64,000 nucleotides of DNA from Eledone cirrhosa (taxonomy: Eukaryota): contig OZ024750.1 in the NCBI GenBank assembly GCA_964016885.1, forward strand, positions 32,550,001 through 32,614,000. The letters run 5' to 3'. The position numbers and the translations under genes are program-made. Each line of letters starts with the position of its first letter. Within the stretch, counting starts at the first letter, position 1. This document shows, in pieces, positions 1 to 12,365 of the stretch. The notes under the pieces were generated by a model that saw nothing but the letters and a program-made list of their open reading frames with translations, was not told the DNA's origin and ran no database searches.

Positions 1-44
1 GTGGTATTTAGTTGCATAAAGGTCAAACTTGACTTCCATTATTT

Positions 45-700
45 TATATCGGTAGAGGGTTGGACGCCATGCTTTGATGCATAGAGTTACGGCCCTTGCC
101 ATTGTGAGTTCAAATCCCGCCTAGGTTAACTTTGCCTTACGGGGTCGATAAAATAAAGTACCAGTAATGCACTGGGATAATTGCTGGCCTTGTGCCAAAA
201 GTAGAAACAATTATTTTATAGTTATGTCCCTGAGTTCAAATCCTGCCGAAGTTAGCTTAGCCTTTCATCCTTATGGCATCGATAAAATAAAGTACCAGTC
301 ACACACTAGGGTCGATTTAACCGACTTCGCCCACCCCCAAAAATTGCTGATCTTATGCCTAAATAAGAAACACTGATTTTGTAGTTGATAACATAAGTAC
401 CAGCTTTGTACTGGGGTAAATTTAAACAACTTTCCCATACCTTAAAATTGCTGACCTTGTGTCTAAATCAAAACCATTATTTTGTAGGCAGTGGATTGGT
501 AGAGGGTCGGACGCCATGCTTTGCAGCATAGAGTTATGGCCCTTGCCATTCTGAGTTCAAATCCTGCCACAGTTAACTTTGCCTTTCATCCTTACGGGGT
601 CGATAAAATAAAGTACCAGTAATGCACTGTGATAATTGGTGGCCTTGTGCCAAAAAGTAGAAACAATTATTTTGTAGTTGATAAAATAAGTACCAACCAT
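45..700 (+). mobile_element. Cluster of tandem and partial copies of tRNA-derived SINE family A
   Basis: Repeated GAGTTCAAATCC (B-box) followed by ctttcatccttacggggtcgataaaataaagtaccag and the tail ggccttgtgccaaaagtagaaacaattatt. Copies at about 45-215, 230-375 and 488-672. Confidence 0.85.
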
Positions 701-1595
701 GTACTGAGGTGAGCTGGATTAACTACAATATTTAATTATGGATAGTTCCACTATTCAGAGCTGCTATACATGTGAGTAGGGTTTCTTTGAGATATATTTA
801 AGTTCTTTGCAGAAATCGAGCTGTTTGTTAACACACAAATACGGCTTCTTTACTTCTGTCAAGACACTTCCAGAGATTTGGTGAATATTTGTGAGTTAAT
901 GTGTACACACACACACACACACACACATACATACACACATACATACACACAAACATACACACAAACACACACACACATACATATATATATACATGCACAT
1001 ACATACATACATACATACATACACATATATATATATGCAAGCAGGGAAAAGCAGACGTAAAATGATGATGATGATGTATGTATGTATGTATTTTTATAAA
1101 AAGTGTGCTAGCAGCCAAAGTGATAAAGTTGATAAAGTTATATCTGTATAGCTACAGAGTGTGTTACTGAGACTGCACCAATGCGTATAAATATATACAT
1201 ATATCTAATATGTAGTTGTGTAAACATGCCAGAAAATATGAATTTCCCTGTAAATTGAAAGGAACAATAAACATCTTTAATTGATTTTTGGATCTATTTA
1301 GATCCTTATCAGAAGATGTGTATATCATCCAATCAACCACAAGGAAACGTATTATTCTGAAGTGGACATAACACAAATATAAACACCTATAACAAATATA
1401 ATTAACTATTGCTAGGAACCTCACAAATACAATGCATCAAAATATATGACCAGAGCGAGAGACAGAAAGGAAGGGGGGGGGGAGAAACTAAAACAAGAAA
1501 CGACCATCAATTCACCACCAAGTGCAACAATGAGCTGCATATCACATCACAAGGGTCAATGGAATATTTTGAGGCAAGCCAATACATGCGCAGCA

Positions 1596-2900
1596 TTTAC
1601 TAACTGTAATATATTACTGTTTTTACTAACTGTAACGTGTTACTGTTTTTACTAACTGTAATATATTACTGTTTTTACTATCTGTAATATGTTTCTGTTT
1701 TTACTAACTGTAACGTGTTACTGTTTTTACTAACTGTAACGTGTTACTGTTTTTACTAACTGTAACGTGTTACTGTTTTTACTATCTGTAATATGTTTCT
1801 GTTTTTAGTAACTGTAATATGTTTCTGTTTTTACTAACTGTAATGTGTTACTGTTTTTACTAACTGTAATATGTTTCTGTTTTTACTGACTGTAATATGA
1901 ATCTGTTTTTACTAACTGTAATATATTACTGTTTTTACTAACTGTAATATATTACTGTTTTTACTAACTGTAATATGAATCTGTTTTACTAACTGTAATA
2001 TGAATCTGTTTTACTAACTGTAATATATTACTGTTTTACTGACTGTAATATGAATCTGTTTTACTAACTGTAATATGAATCTGTTTTACTAACTGTAATA
2101 TATTACTGTTTTTCTGACTGTAATATGAATCTGTTTTTACTAACTGTAATATATTACTGTTTTTACTAACTGTAATATGAATCTGTTTTACTAACTGTAA
2201 TATGTATCTATTTTAACTAACTGTAATATATTACTGTTTTACTAACTGTAATATGTATCTGTTTTACTAACTGTAATATGTATCTATTTTTACTAACTGT
2301 AATATATTATTGTTTTCACTAACTGTAATATATTACTGTTTTACTGACTGTAATATGAATCTGTTTTACTAACTGTAATATATTACTGCTTTACTGACTG
2401 TAATATGAATCTGTTTTTACTAACTGTAATATGTATCTGTTTTACTAACTGACCAGATATTACTGTTTTTACTGACTGTAATATGAATCTGTTTTTACTA
2501 ACTGTAATATGTATCTGTTTTACTAACTGTAATATGAATCTGTTTTACTAACTGTAATATATGAATTTGTTTTTACTAACTGTAATATGAATCTGTTTTA
2601 CTAACTGTAATATGTATCTATTTTTACTAACTGTAATATGTATCTATTTTTACTAACTGTAATATATTACTGTTTTCACTAACTGTAATATATTACTGTT
2701 TTTACTAACTGTAATATGTATCTGTTTTAACTAACTGTAATATGTGTCTGATTTAACTAACTGTAATATGTATCTGTTTTCACTAACTGTAATATATTAC
2801 TGTTTTCACTAACTGTAATATATTACTGTTTTTACTAACTGTTTTTACTAACTCTGTTTTAACTAACTGTAATATGTATCTGTTTTTATTAACTGTAATA
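1596..2900. repeat. Minisatellite, ~26-27 bp unit (ttactaactgtaatatattactgttt)
   Basis: Direct tandem repetition with minor variants. Confidence 0.95.
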
Positions 2901-3255
2901 TTTTATTTCTTCGAGATAATTCCTCAGCCATTTAGCACTAAAATTTTATTCCATATTTACCACTAAATTTTCTATAGTTTTAACTTTTTTCATAATATTT
3001 TATATGTAAATTGTATTAGGCTACTTTTAGATGAAATAGAAACATTTGGAGATGCTCTTCTATAAATATTTATCTATGGTCTGATTTTCTTTGATATTAT
3101 ACACGTTCTTTGATTTTAAACCGGTATTGAAAAAAGCTGGCAATGTGAATGGATAAAAAACAAGCATGGGAAATAGTGAAGGTACTTAGCTCTCAATGAT
3201 CTGATCCACCTATGGATATTGCTTTAAGGAGCAGATGCACTTTAAAAAGGTTTAA

Positions 3256-3471
3256 CCCTTTAGTTACCAACTTGGCCAAAACTCTTGCTCTGGTTCTATG
3301 AAATAAAACCAACCATTTTAAAGATTTCCAATTTAAATTAAAAATCTACCAACATAATTTTATATAAGAACCTTACATTAAGTTACTATCTTAGTAATGA
3401 AATAATTAATAAATTCTTCATTAATTATTTAAATTAGTGTGTATTTCATTAGAAATGTAGTGATAAAAGGG
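3256..3471. mobile_element. piggyBac-like MITE
   Basis: TTAA|CCCTTTAG...TAAAAGGG|TTAA: TTAA flanks and imperfect TIRs starting CCC. Internal sequence resembles 33545-33670. Confidence 0.6.
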
Positions 3472-3739
3472 TTAAAGATATCTATTTGTATATCAGCTTA
3501 TTCATGGAAATCTAATTATTTTGGTTTATCAATGTTCATCCCGGTTCTTAGAATTAGCACACTATAGCTCCTTGTGTTATAAGAAATAATTTAAGGTATT
3601 AGCCCTAGCAATCTGGGTTTAAACACTGTCTCAAAGTCCTGTCCAGGTCATACTAGTATGGGAAAGCTGACATACATCAAAACAGCTACCCAATTTCAAT
3701 GAAAAGGTATGGGTGAGACCCATGTCCAAGGTAAATAAC

Positions 3740-3923
3740 TGTTTCTACGTTAGGCACAAGGCCAGCAATTACCCAGTGCATTACTGGTACTTTATTTTAT
3801 CGACCCCGTAAGGATGAAAGGCAAAGTCAACCTCGGCGGGATTTGAACTCAGATCGTAAAGGGACGTAACTATGCTGGAAAGCATGGTGTCTGACCCTCT
3901 ACCGATACTGCCAATCTACCGCC
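3740..3923 (-). mobile_element. Full-length SINE family A copy with target-site duplication
   Basis: Reverse complement of family A, flanked by catgtccaaggtaaataac (3721-3739) and cgtgtccatggtaaataac (3924-3942). Confidence 0.9.
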
Positions 3924-3979
3924 CGTGTCCATGGTAAATAACACTTGCCCAAGATACCACAATGTAGGTTATGGGTTTG

Positions 3980-4087
3980 TATCATGCTGAAAATACAGGT
4001 TCTCGTCCGATCACCGAAGTTAAGCAACGTTGAGCCTAGTTAGTACTTAGATGGGTGACTGCTTGGGAAACCTAGGTGCTGTAAGCA
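3980..4087 (+). pseudogene. 5S rRNA copy lacking about 11 nt at the 5' end
   Basis: Contains the 5S hallmarks tctcgtccgatcaccgaagttaagc and gttagtacttagatgggtgac, ends gtgctgtaagc, and is followed by TTTTT at 4092-4096. Confidence 0.9.
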
Positions 4088-4098
4088 TTCCTTTTTAT

Positions 4099-4439
4099 GA
4101 AAGTGCAGGGCTCAGTGGTTAGAGCATTGAGCTTGCAATTGGAAAGTTGCGAGTTCAATTCTCGGACTGGATGATGTATCGTGTCCTTGAGCAAGACACT
4201 TTATTTTATGTTGCTCCAGTTTACTCAGCTATAGAAATGAGTTGTGACGTCACTGGTGTCAAGCTGTATCAGCCATTACCTTTCCTTTGGACAGCACCAG
4301 TGGTGTGGACAGGAGAGGCTGGTATGCATGGGTGACTGCCGGTCTTCCATAAACAACCTTGCCTGGATTTGTGCCTCGGGAGGAAACTTTCTCGGTGCAA
4401 ATCCCATGGTCATTCGTGATCAAAGGGGGTCTTTACCCT

Positions 4440-4440
<1 letters not shown>
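4099..4440 (+). mobile_element. tRNA-derived CORE-type SINE (resembles octopus OR2-like elements)
   Basis: A-box ggctcagtggttagagc, B-box gagttcaattc, CORE-like gtgtccttgagcaagacact...ctccagtttactcagct, and a distinct tail ending gggggtctttaccctt. The family name is from memory, not from a search. Confidence 0.75.
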
Positions 4441-4521
<81 letters not shown>

Positions 4522-4680
4522 TGTGTAAAATGTAAACAGAAATAACAACACAAATGGTACAGCATATGGAAGGAATATATTAGTTTAATGCTTGAAATAG
4601 CAGGAAGAGGGTCTTAATGTTTATATATATAGTACAGTTATTGAGTCCTCTCTGGAATTTGGCCTCTGTATTTATTATTA

Positions 4681-5005
4681 TGACCATGTGACAAACCAGG
4701 AAGTCAGGAACCGCACCAACCAGCAGCTAGTCTCTTCTGCCATCTGCAAGCGACGCCTGGGCTGGTTTGGGCACGCTTTGAGACTTCCCCCGGAGAGACT
4801 GGCGAACCAAGTACTTAAATGGAACTCACAGGGAAGCAGACGGAGAGGACGACCCAAAATGAACTGGTGCCAGACAGTTGAGAGGGACCTGCGAACGACA
4901 AACAGACGATGGCGGGACGCTGTGCAAATTGGTGCTGACCGAACGCGGTGGAACACTATGATTGCCTCATGCGTCGCAAGATGCGGGAGCTTCTGAGTCT
5001 GAGTG
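4681..5005 (+). mobile_element. 5'-truncated RTE-clade LINE 3' end
   Basis: ORF 4688-4996 has RRLGWFGHALR...GSRRRGRPKMNW. It ends in a (CTGAGT)2 tail and has an 11-bp TSD atttattatta at 4670-4680 and 5006-5016. Confidence 0.9.
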
Positions 5006-6197
5006 ATTTATTATTACTACTATATAGATGATATATACATATGAATTTCAGTTAAAGTGTGCCAATGTTTATCCATAAGTCAGTAAATTTGTTTCCTAAT
5101 CAGTGTGTGTCAACAGAATTCCATAAATCATTTGCCATAATTTAAGTTACCTAAGATTATTAAATCTCTACATATTTGGTATTTCAACAACACTATGTAG
5201 CACTGCATTATATATCTGCTAGTAAATGATGATGATGGGGATAATCCTGATGTTGATGATGATGAGTATATATATAAGCATACATAACAATGTGTGTGAG
5301 TACATAATATATGTGTGTGTGTGTGTGCATGTGTGTGTGTGTGTGTGTGGCAAGAAAATGAAAAAGAAAACGACTTATAGATCACTTTAGTTTCTATGAA
5401 AGGAGAAGTTATTGTTTTGCCAGCTGCTTTGAGGTATTGATTAGATTTGCAGAATTTTCCTCCTGTCAAGAGCTTCTAAATACATGTGGAGTTAATAACA
5501 TCTGGCCTTCAATAAAATCTAGAGCAATTCACAGTGTGGAGGAATATAACCGAGTGGTTAGGGTTTTGGAATTTCAATCATAATGCCATAGGATCGATTG
5601 CTGGACTGGGTTGTGTATTGTGTTCATCACTTCATTTGATGTTGCTCCAGTATACTCAGTGAAGGGAATGGCCTAATGGAAAGGGTGTTGGACTTTCACT
5701 CATAATGTTATAGGTTTGTTTACTCGACTGGGTTGTGTGTTGCATTCATCACTTCATTTCATGTTGCTCCAGTATACTTAGTGGAGGGAATGGCCTAATG
5801 GTAAGGGTGTTGGACTTACAAGTGAGATTTGAAGATATTTAGCAGGCATAGCAACCACAATATATTTAGAGTTAGTGTATATAAATATCTGTGAACATAT
5901 GGTTCCACTGTGAGACGGGTTCAACGCAGCCAACTGGCCTGTCCGTCCTCATAACAGAGCCATCTAGTTCAACACTGTAAATTTTGTTGGTGTTAGGAAG
6001 GGCATCCAGCTGTAAAATACCCTGCCAAATTTACAGTCCTCATTGGAGCAAGGTAGGGTGTAGCCAACTCTGGCCAGACTTGCCTCCCAGTGTGGACAGC
6101 ACATCTAACCCGTGCAAGCATGAAAAAATGGGCACTAAATGGTGATGATGATGATGATGATGATGATCTCTCAGAAACACATTACATTTAGAGTTAG

Positions 6198-6388
6198 GGC
6201 AGTGGATTGGCAATATTGGTAGAGGGTCGAACGCCATGCTTTGAAACATAGTGTTATCTCCCTTTATGATCTGAATTCAAATCCCACCAAGATTACCTTT
6301 GCCTTTCATCCTTTACAGGGTCGATAAAATAAAGTACCAGTAATGTACTGGGTATTTGCTGGCCTTGTGCCAAAAGTAGAAACAATTA
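6198..6388 (+). mobile_element. SINE family A copy with TSD made of satellite sequence
   Basis: Full head to tail, flanked by attacatttagagttag and attatatttagagttag. Confidence 0.85.
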
Positions 6389-8370
6389 TATTTAGAGTTA
6401 GTGTATATAAATATTTGTGAACAAGCATCACAACAACATATTTAGTGTTAGTGTATATAAATATGTGTGAACAAGCATCACAACAACATATTTAGAGTTA
6501 GTGTATATAACTATTTGTGAACAAGCATCACAACATATTTAGTGTTAGTGTATATAACTATTTGTGAACAAGCATCACAACAACATATTTAGTGTTAGTG
6601 TATATAAATATGTGTGAACAAGCATCACAACAACATATTTAGAGTTAGAGTATATAACTATTTGTGAACAAGCATCACAACAACATATTTAGTGTTAGTG
6701 TATATAAATATGTGTGAACAAGCATCACAACCACATATTTAGAGTTAGTGTATATAACTATTTGTGAACAAGCATCACAACCACATATTTAGTGTTAGTG
6801 TATATAACTATTTGTGAACAAGCATCACAACCACATATTTAGTGTTAGTGTATATAACTATTTGTGAACAAGCATCACAACCACATATTTAGAGTTAGTG
6901 TATATAACTATTTGTGAACAAGCATCACAACAACATATTTAGTGTTAGTGTATATAAATATGTGTGAACAAGCATCACAACAACATATTTAGAGTTAGTG
7001 TATATAACTATTTGTGAACAAGCATCACAACAACATATTTAGTGTTAGTGTATATAAATATGTGTGAATAAGCATCACAACCACATATTTAGAGTTAGTG
7101 TATATAACTATTTGTGAACAAGCATCACAACCACATATTTAGTGTTAGTGTATATAACTATTTGTGAACAAGCATCACAACCACATATTTAGTGTTAGTG
7201 TATATAACTATTTGTGAACAAGCATCACAACCACATATTTAGAGTTAGTGTATATAACTATTTGTGAACAAGCATCACAACCACATATTTAGTGTTAGTG
7301 TATATAAATATGTGTGAACAAGCATCACAACAACATATTTAGAGTTAGTGTATATAACTTTTTGTGAACAAGCATCACAACAACATATTTAGTGTTAGTG
7401 TATATAAATATGTGTGAACAAGCATCACAACCACATATTTAGAGTTAGTGTATATAACTATGTGTGAACAAGCATCACAACCACATATTTAGTGTTAGTG
7501 TATATAACTATTTGTGAACAAGCATCACAACCACATATTTAGAGTTAGTGTATATAACTATGTGTGAACATGTATCACAACAACATATTTAGAGTTAGTG
7601 TATATAAATATGTGTGAACAAACATCACAACCACATATTTAGTGTTAGTGTATATAACTATTTGTGAACAAGCATCACAACCACATATTTAGAGTTAGTG
7701 TATATAACTATGTGTGAACATGTATCACAACAACATATTTAGAGTTAGTGTATATAAATATGTGTGAACAAACATCACAACCACATATTTAGTGTTAGTG
7801 TATATAACTATGTGTGAACATGTATCACAACAACATCTTTAGAGTTAGTGTATATAAATATGTGTGAACAAACATCACAACCACATATTTAGTGTTAGTG
7901 TATATAACTATTTGTGAACAAGCATCACAACCACATATTTAGTGTTAGTGTATATAACTATTTGTGAACAAGCATCACAGCAACATATTTAGAGTTAGTG
8001 TATATAACTATTTGTGAACAAGCATCACAACAACATATTTAGAGTTAGTGTATATAACTATTTGTGAACAAGCATCACAACAACATCTTTAGAGTTAGTG
8101 TATATAACTATTTGTGAACAAGCATCACAACCACATATTTAGAGTTAGTCTATATAACTATTTGTGAACAAGCATCACAACAACATCTTTAGAGTTAGTG
8201 TATATAACTATTTGTGAACATGTATCATAACCACATATTTAGTGTTAGTGTATATAACTATTTGTGAACATGTATCACAAGAACATATTTAGAGTTAGTG
8301 TATATAAATATGTGAACATGTATCATAACCATTTATTTAGTGTTAGTGTATATAAGCATCTGTGAACACG
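6388..8370. repeat. Minisatellite, 50 bp unit, about 39 copies
   Basis: Unit atatttagagttagtgtatataactatttgtgaacaagcatcacaacaac repeats every 50 bp. Confidence 0.97.
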
Positions 8371-9660
8371 TGAATGTATATTAATGAGAAAAGAGAGTTG
8401 TCGTTCAGTGACTGTGAATAGTAAAAGAAAATCCATGAACCTAATAGAAGGTATTATTCAAAATGAGTAAATGCTTTCATTGTTTAATATGGACAGAAGG
8501 AAAGTGACAAAATACAATTGTATTGTACAGCTTATCCATTTGTAACAACAATGACATAGTGCTTGCAAGAAGGATTCTGTATTCAGAAGAATAAAGACAC
8601 TCATAAAAACTAAAGAGAAGCTATGAAAAGAAGCAGGTGCAAAGTAATTTGATAGTTTGAAGAAAGAAATCTTTCTCTGGAAATTGAAATCAATTCTCCA
8701 ATGGCTGAAATATTGAATAACAAACTCAACAACATCAAATTCATAATTAATACTCTTGCATTATATTTAATCTTCTAAAAACTACTACAGATTTCTCACA
8801 GATGTTTTAGACAGCAAAAAGAAATATAAGTGGATTTATTCATTAGTTTTTATTGTGGTTTCCTCCTTTTTTTTTTCTTTGGCAAGCCAGCTCACTGAAT
8901 GGAATCTTGTATCAATTTCTATTACATAAATCAGAAGAGAGAAGTATGGTGGTGGTGTGTGTGGGGGAGGTGTGGGGGCAGTAAATAAAAGCTAGTGGTT
9001 TGGTCATGCATTGCATGTCTCCTTTTTACCTGACTATTGCTTTGAACATACAATCATTCAGAAAGTAATATTCCCACCACACGTGCCAATGCCCGTTTTG
9101 TTTCCTTTATGGGGGTGTACAAGCCCTGTTATTAGACTATTTTCTCGAAATTCTACTGTTATTAGCTAGTTTCTGTATATTTTACTGTTATCAGACATTT
9201 CTCTATAGTAAAAATATGGCAAAAGCTTCTAATTCTATTTTCATGGTTTTGTATTATATTTCTAGTTTTGTTATAAACATAAACATATTAAAGAAGGCAG
9301 CAAATTGTTAGAAATAAAATGGCATATTTTCTTTCATATCCCAGAGTTTAAATCCTGTGAACAATTTATTTTGCTTTTGATCAATGCAGAGATACTAAAG
9401 AAAATATCAGTACTTAGCCTGGTCTTGGAATAGGTACATCATATTCCTGGAGGTCGTAAAAGTAAACTAAAAGTGTTGGAAGAATGAAGTCATATAACCA
9501 TTGCCTCCAAATGTCCCTTACAACCCATACTGGCACGGAAAAGAGAGGACATAAAAGCAATGAGGATAATGATTAATCCAATGAATGATATCCAATTTCT
9601 CTGAACAATCCTCCGAGTATCTAGAATATAACAAACTAATATATATATATATCCTCTTAG

Positions 9661-9810
9661 CTTCATCATCATCATCATCATCATCAACGTTTAACGTCCA
9701 TGTTCACGCTTGCATGGGTTTGGACGGGGATTTTCCCACTTGAGGCAAGAGTGATTGTCTTGCTCGCATAGGACTGTCTGGCGGGTTTTCTACAGCTGGA
9801 TGCCCTTCAT
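9661..9810 (-). mobile_element. 3' part of a SINE with RTE-type tail (family C)
   Basis: Nearly identical to 59650-59800, with (GAT)n tail and gaagggcatccagctgtagaa motif. Confidence 0.8.
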
Positions 9811-10180
9811 ATGCAAAAATAACAAACACACACATGAATGCACATGTACACACTATATACAAAACGATTTTCTTCTTTTCAGCTAGACACGTTTGATCCC
9901 TCACTTTTAAAACCAAGCCAACTGATTTTCTCATAAAACAACACCAGAATCAACAGTTTTCCAAGAGATGGTGACTTGGATAGATATGTTCTTTTAGTTC
10001 TGCCACTGCCCACTCTCCTCTATCTTTGTATTTCTTCTTTAATTCCTCATTCTATTTTCTGATGAAGTACTAGCATCCCAAACGATAAGACACTTTCCCA
10101 AGCACAAAACTAATAATATATTTCTTCATAGTACAGTGTCATTTGTTTTGTTATTTCAGTTTTCCTTTTGCATATATATT

Positions 10181-10637
10181 GCCTGTGTGAGGTGTGCGAT
10201 GCTGCATGGTAGTGAGACATGGGCAACAACTGCAGCGGATATGCGACGGCTGGAGAGGAATGAGGCAAGCATGCTCCGTTGGATGTGCAATGTCAATGTG
10301 CATGAACGACCAACCATGGATGTGTTGAGAGAGAAACTGTGTTTAAGAGGGATAAGTTGTAGCGTGCGGGAAAGAAGTCTGCGATGGTATGGACATGTGA
10401 TGCGCATGGAGGATGACCGCTGGGTAAAGAAATGCCAAGAAATGCCAGTTGAAGGAAGATGTAGTAGAGGAAGACCATGAAAAACATGGGCGGGGGTGGT
10501 GAGAGCAGACCTCAGATTGCTGATACTCACGGAAGAGATGATGAAAGACCATGACAAGTGGAGAGATGCTGTGCTGAATAGGACCCGTCCAACCCTTGCA
10601 AGCAGGGAAAAGTGGACGTAAAATGATGATGATGATT
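10181..10637 (+). mobile_element. RTE-clade LINE 3' fragment
   Basis: MLHGSETW...MLRWMC...LRWYGHVMR...RGRP*KTW with one in-frame stop, then a 3' UTR ending in (TGA)n. Confidence 0.92.
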
Positions 10638-11089
10638 ATATATATATTTATATATGTATATATACACACATTATTGTTATTGTCTTCAATACATGAATGT
10701 TGCTAACCCTGGTTTCAAACCTTGCATGTGTGTTAGATGGTGAGTTAGCTCAGATACATGCATCGTTATCTTTCAACAAAGTGGTAACAACATTTACGTG
10801 TTAAAGACAATAATTATAATATTGAGCTATATATCTATATATATATAGAAGAAAGAAGTACTCAATAGAGAGAAAGAAGAAGTACTCAATAGAGAGAAAG
10901 AAGTACCCAATACTGAAGTAGTGTTTTAATATTCATTTTATTAAGTCTGAATAATGACTCTTGTTACTCTGGAGTTTTGCCTGGAGTTTTGCCTGTGTCA
11001 TCAGCCTGATGGCAAAAATCGAGAGTAACAAGAGTCACTATTTATCCTTAATAAATGAATATCATCATCATCATCATCATCATCATCAT

Positions 11090-11410
11090 TGTGGTTAGAG
11101 CATTGGCCTTGCAATCGAAAGGTTGTGAGTTCAATTCTCAGACCGGGTGATGTGTTGTTTCCTTGAGCAAGACACTTTATTTCACATTGTTCCAGTTTAC
11201 TCAGCTGTAGAAATGAGATGATAGGGACTGAGGTCCCTATCATTTCACTGCAAAGTGGTCGTGGAGATGCCACGGCAAAAAAAAAAAAGCACCCAGTACT
11301 CACTGTAAATGAGGTTGGTGTTAGGAAGGGCATCCAGCTGTAGAAATCAAGCCAGTATCAGTTCCCGTCCCACCCTTGCAAGCAGGGAAAAGTGAACGTA
11401 AAATGATAAT
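11090..11410 (+). mobile_element. CORE-type SINE family B, slightly 5'-truncated
   Basis: Near identical to 24541-24880 and 32717-33062. Confidence 0.9.
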
Positions 11411-11699
11411 GTGTGTGGTTGATGGCTGAGAGAAAGAAGTACTCAATACTGAAGTAGTGTTTTAATATTCATTTTATTAAGTTTGAATAATGACTCTTGT
11501 TACTCTGGAGTTTTGCCTGTATATCAAAGTGTCATCAGCCTGATGCCAAAAATCGAGAGTAACAAGAGTCACTATTTATCCTTAATAAATGAATATCATC
11601 ATCATCACCATCATTTCACGTCCACTTTTCCCTGCTTGCATATATATATATATATATATATATAAGAAGAAATTAAAAGATGGTTAAAAAAGTTCGATG

Positions 11700-11770
11700 T
11701 ATTTTATTATGCGCATTTTAAAAACAAATATCATCCTGGGACGATATTTGCGTTCTCATCAGATAAAATA
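11700..11770 (-). ncRNA. Type I hammerhead ribozyme motif with one core substitution
   Basis: Minus strand: tattttat-CTGATGA-gaacgcaaatatcgtc(ccag)gatgatatttgttttt-AAAA-tgcgca-TA-ataaaata. 8-bp stem I, long stem II, palindromic stem III. GAAA reads AAAA. Confidence 0.75.
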
Positions 11771-12008
11771 GGGAGACAAAATATGATGCCTAAAAAACAC
11801 TTGTGAACAAGGAAGTGTCCAGTCAACATATTTGCATTGGTTTATTGTTCTACAATAAAACTCACCTCCTACATATATATATATATATATATGTGATTTA
11901 TATAAATTTTTTTCCCCCTCAATTTTTTGCCCGTTATTTGATTTCAGCCTCACTTTCATATTTCCTAAATTTTGTTTTCAAATCCATATTAATAAACATT
12001 CTATGTTA

Positions 12009-12070
12009 TTCATTCTGACAACTGAAGACAGATATTTATATCTGTCTTCAAGAAACCACTGGTAAATGAA
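12009..12070 (+). ncRNA. Type I hammerhead ribozyme motif with one core substitution
   Basis: ttcatt-CTGACAA-c-tgaagacagata(ttta)tatctgtcttca-a-GAAAC-cactg-GTA-aatgaa. 6-bp stem I, 12-bp stem II, GUA triplet. CUGANGA reads CUGACAA. Confidence 0.75.
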
Positions 12071-12100
12071 ATAATTGTCTTATGTTGTTTATTACATAAC

Positions 12101-12132
<32 letters not shown>

Positions 12133-12240
12133 ATTAGTACATCTACCAACATACGCGTACAGATGTACACTAATGCTAGCAAATATATAAGTTATGTCAA
12201 AGTACCTAGGTGATTCTATGCAGGGAGATGCAGAACAATT

Positions 12241-12365
12241 ATATGAAAGACGTAAAATAAGAAAATTTTTAAAATTAAAAATTAACTTACTTACTAAAAT
12301 TTTCACTCCTAAAATTTTAGTAAGTAAGTTAATTTTTAATTTTTAAAATTTTCTTATTTTACGTC

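Noticed and set aside
3980-4087. Functional 5S rRNA gene
   Set aside because: The 5' strand of helix I is missing, and the copy is solitary and embedded among SINEs.
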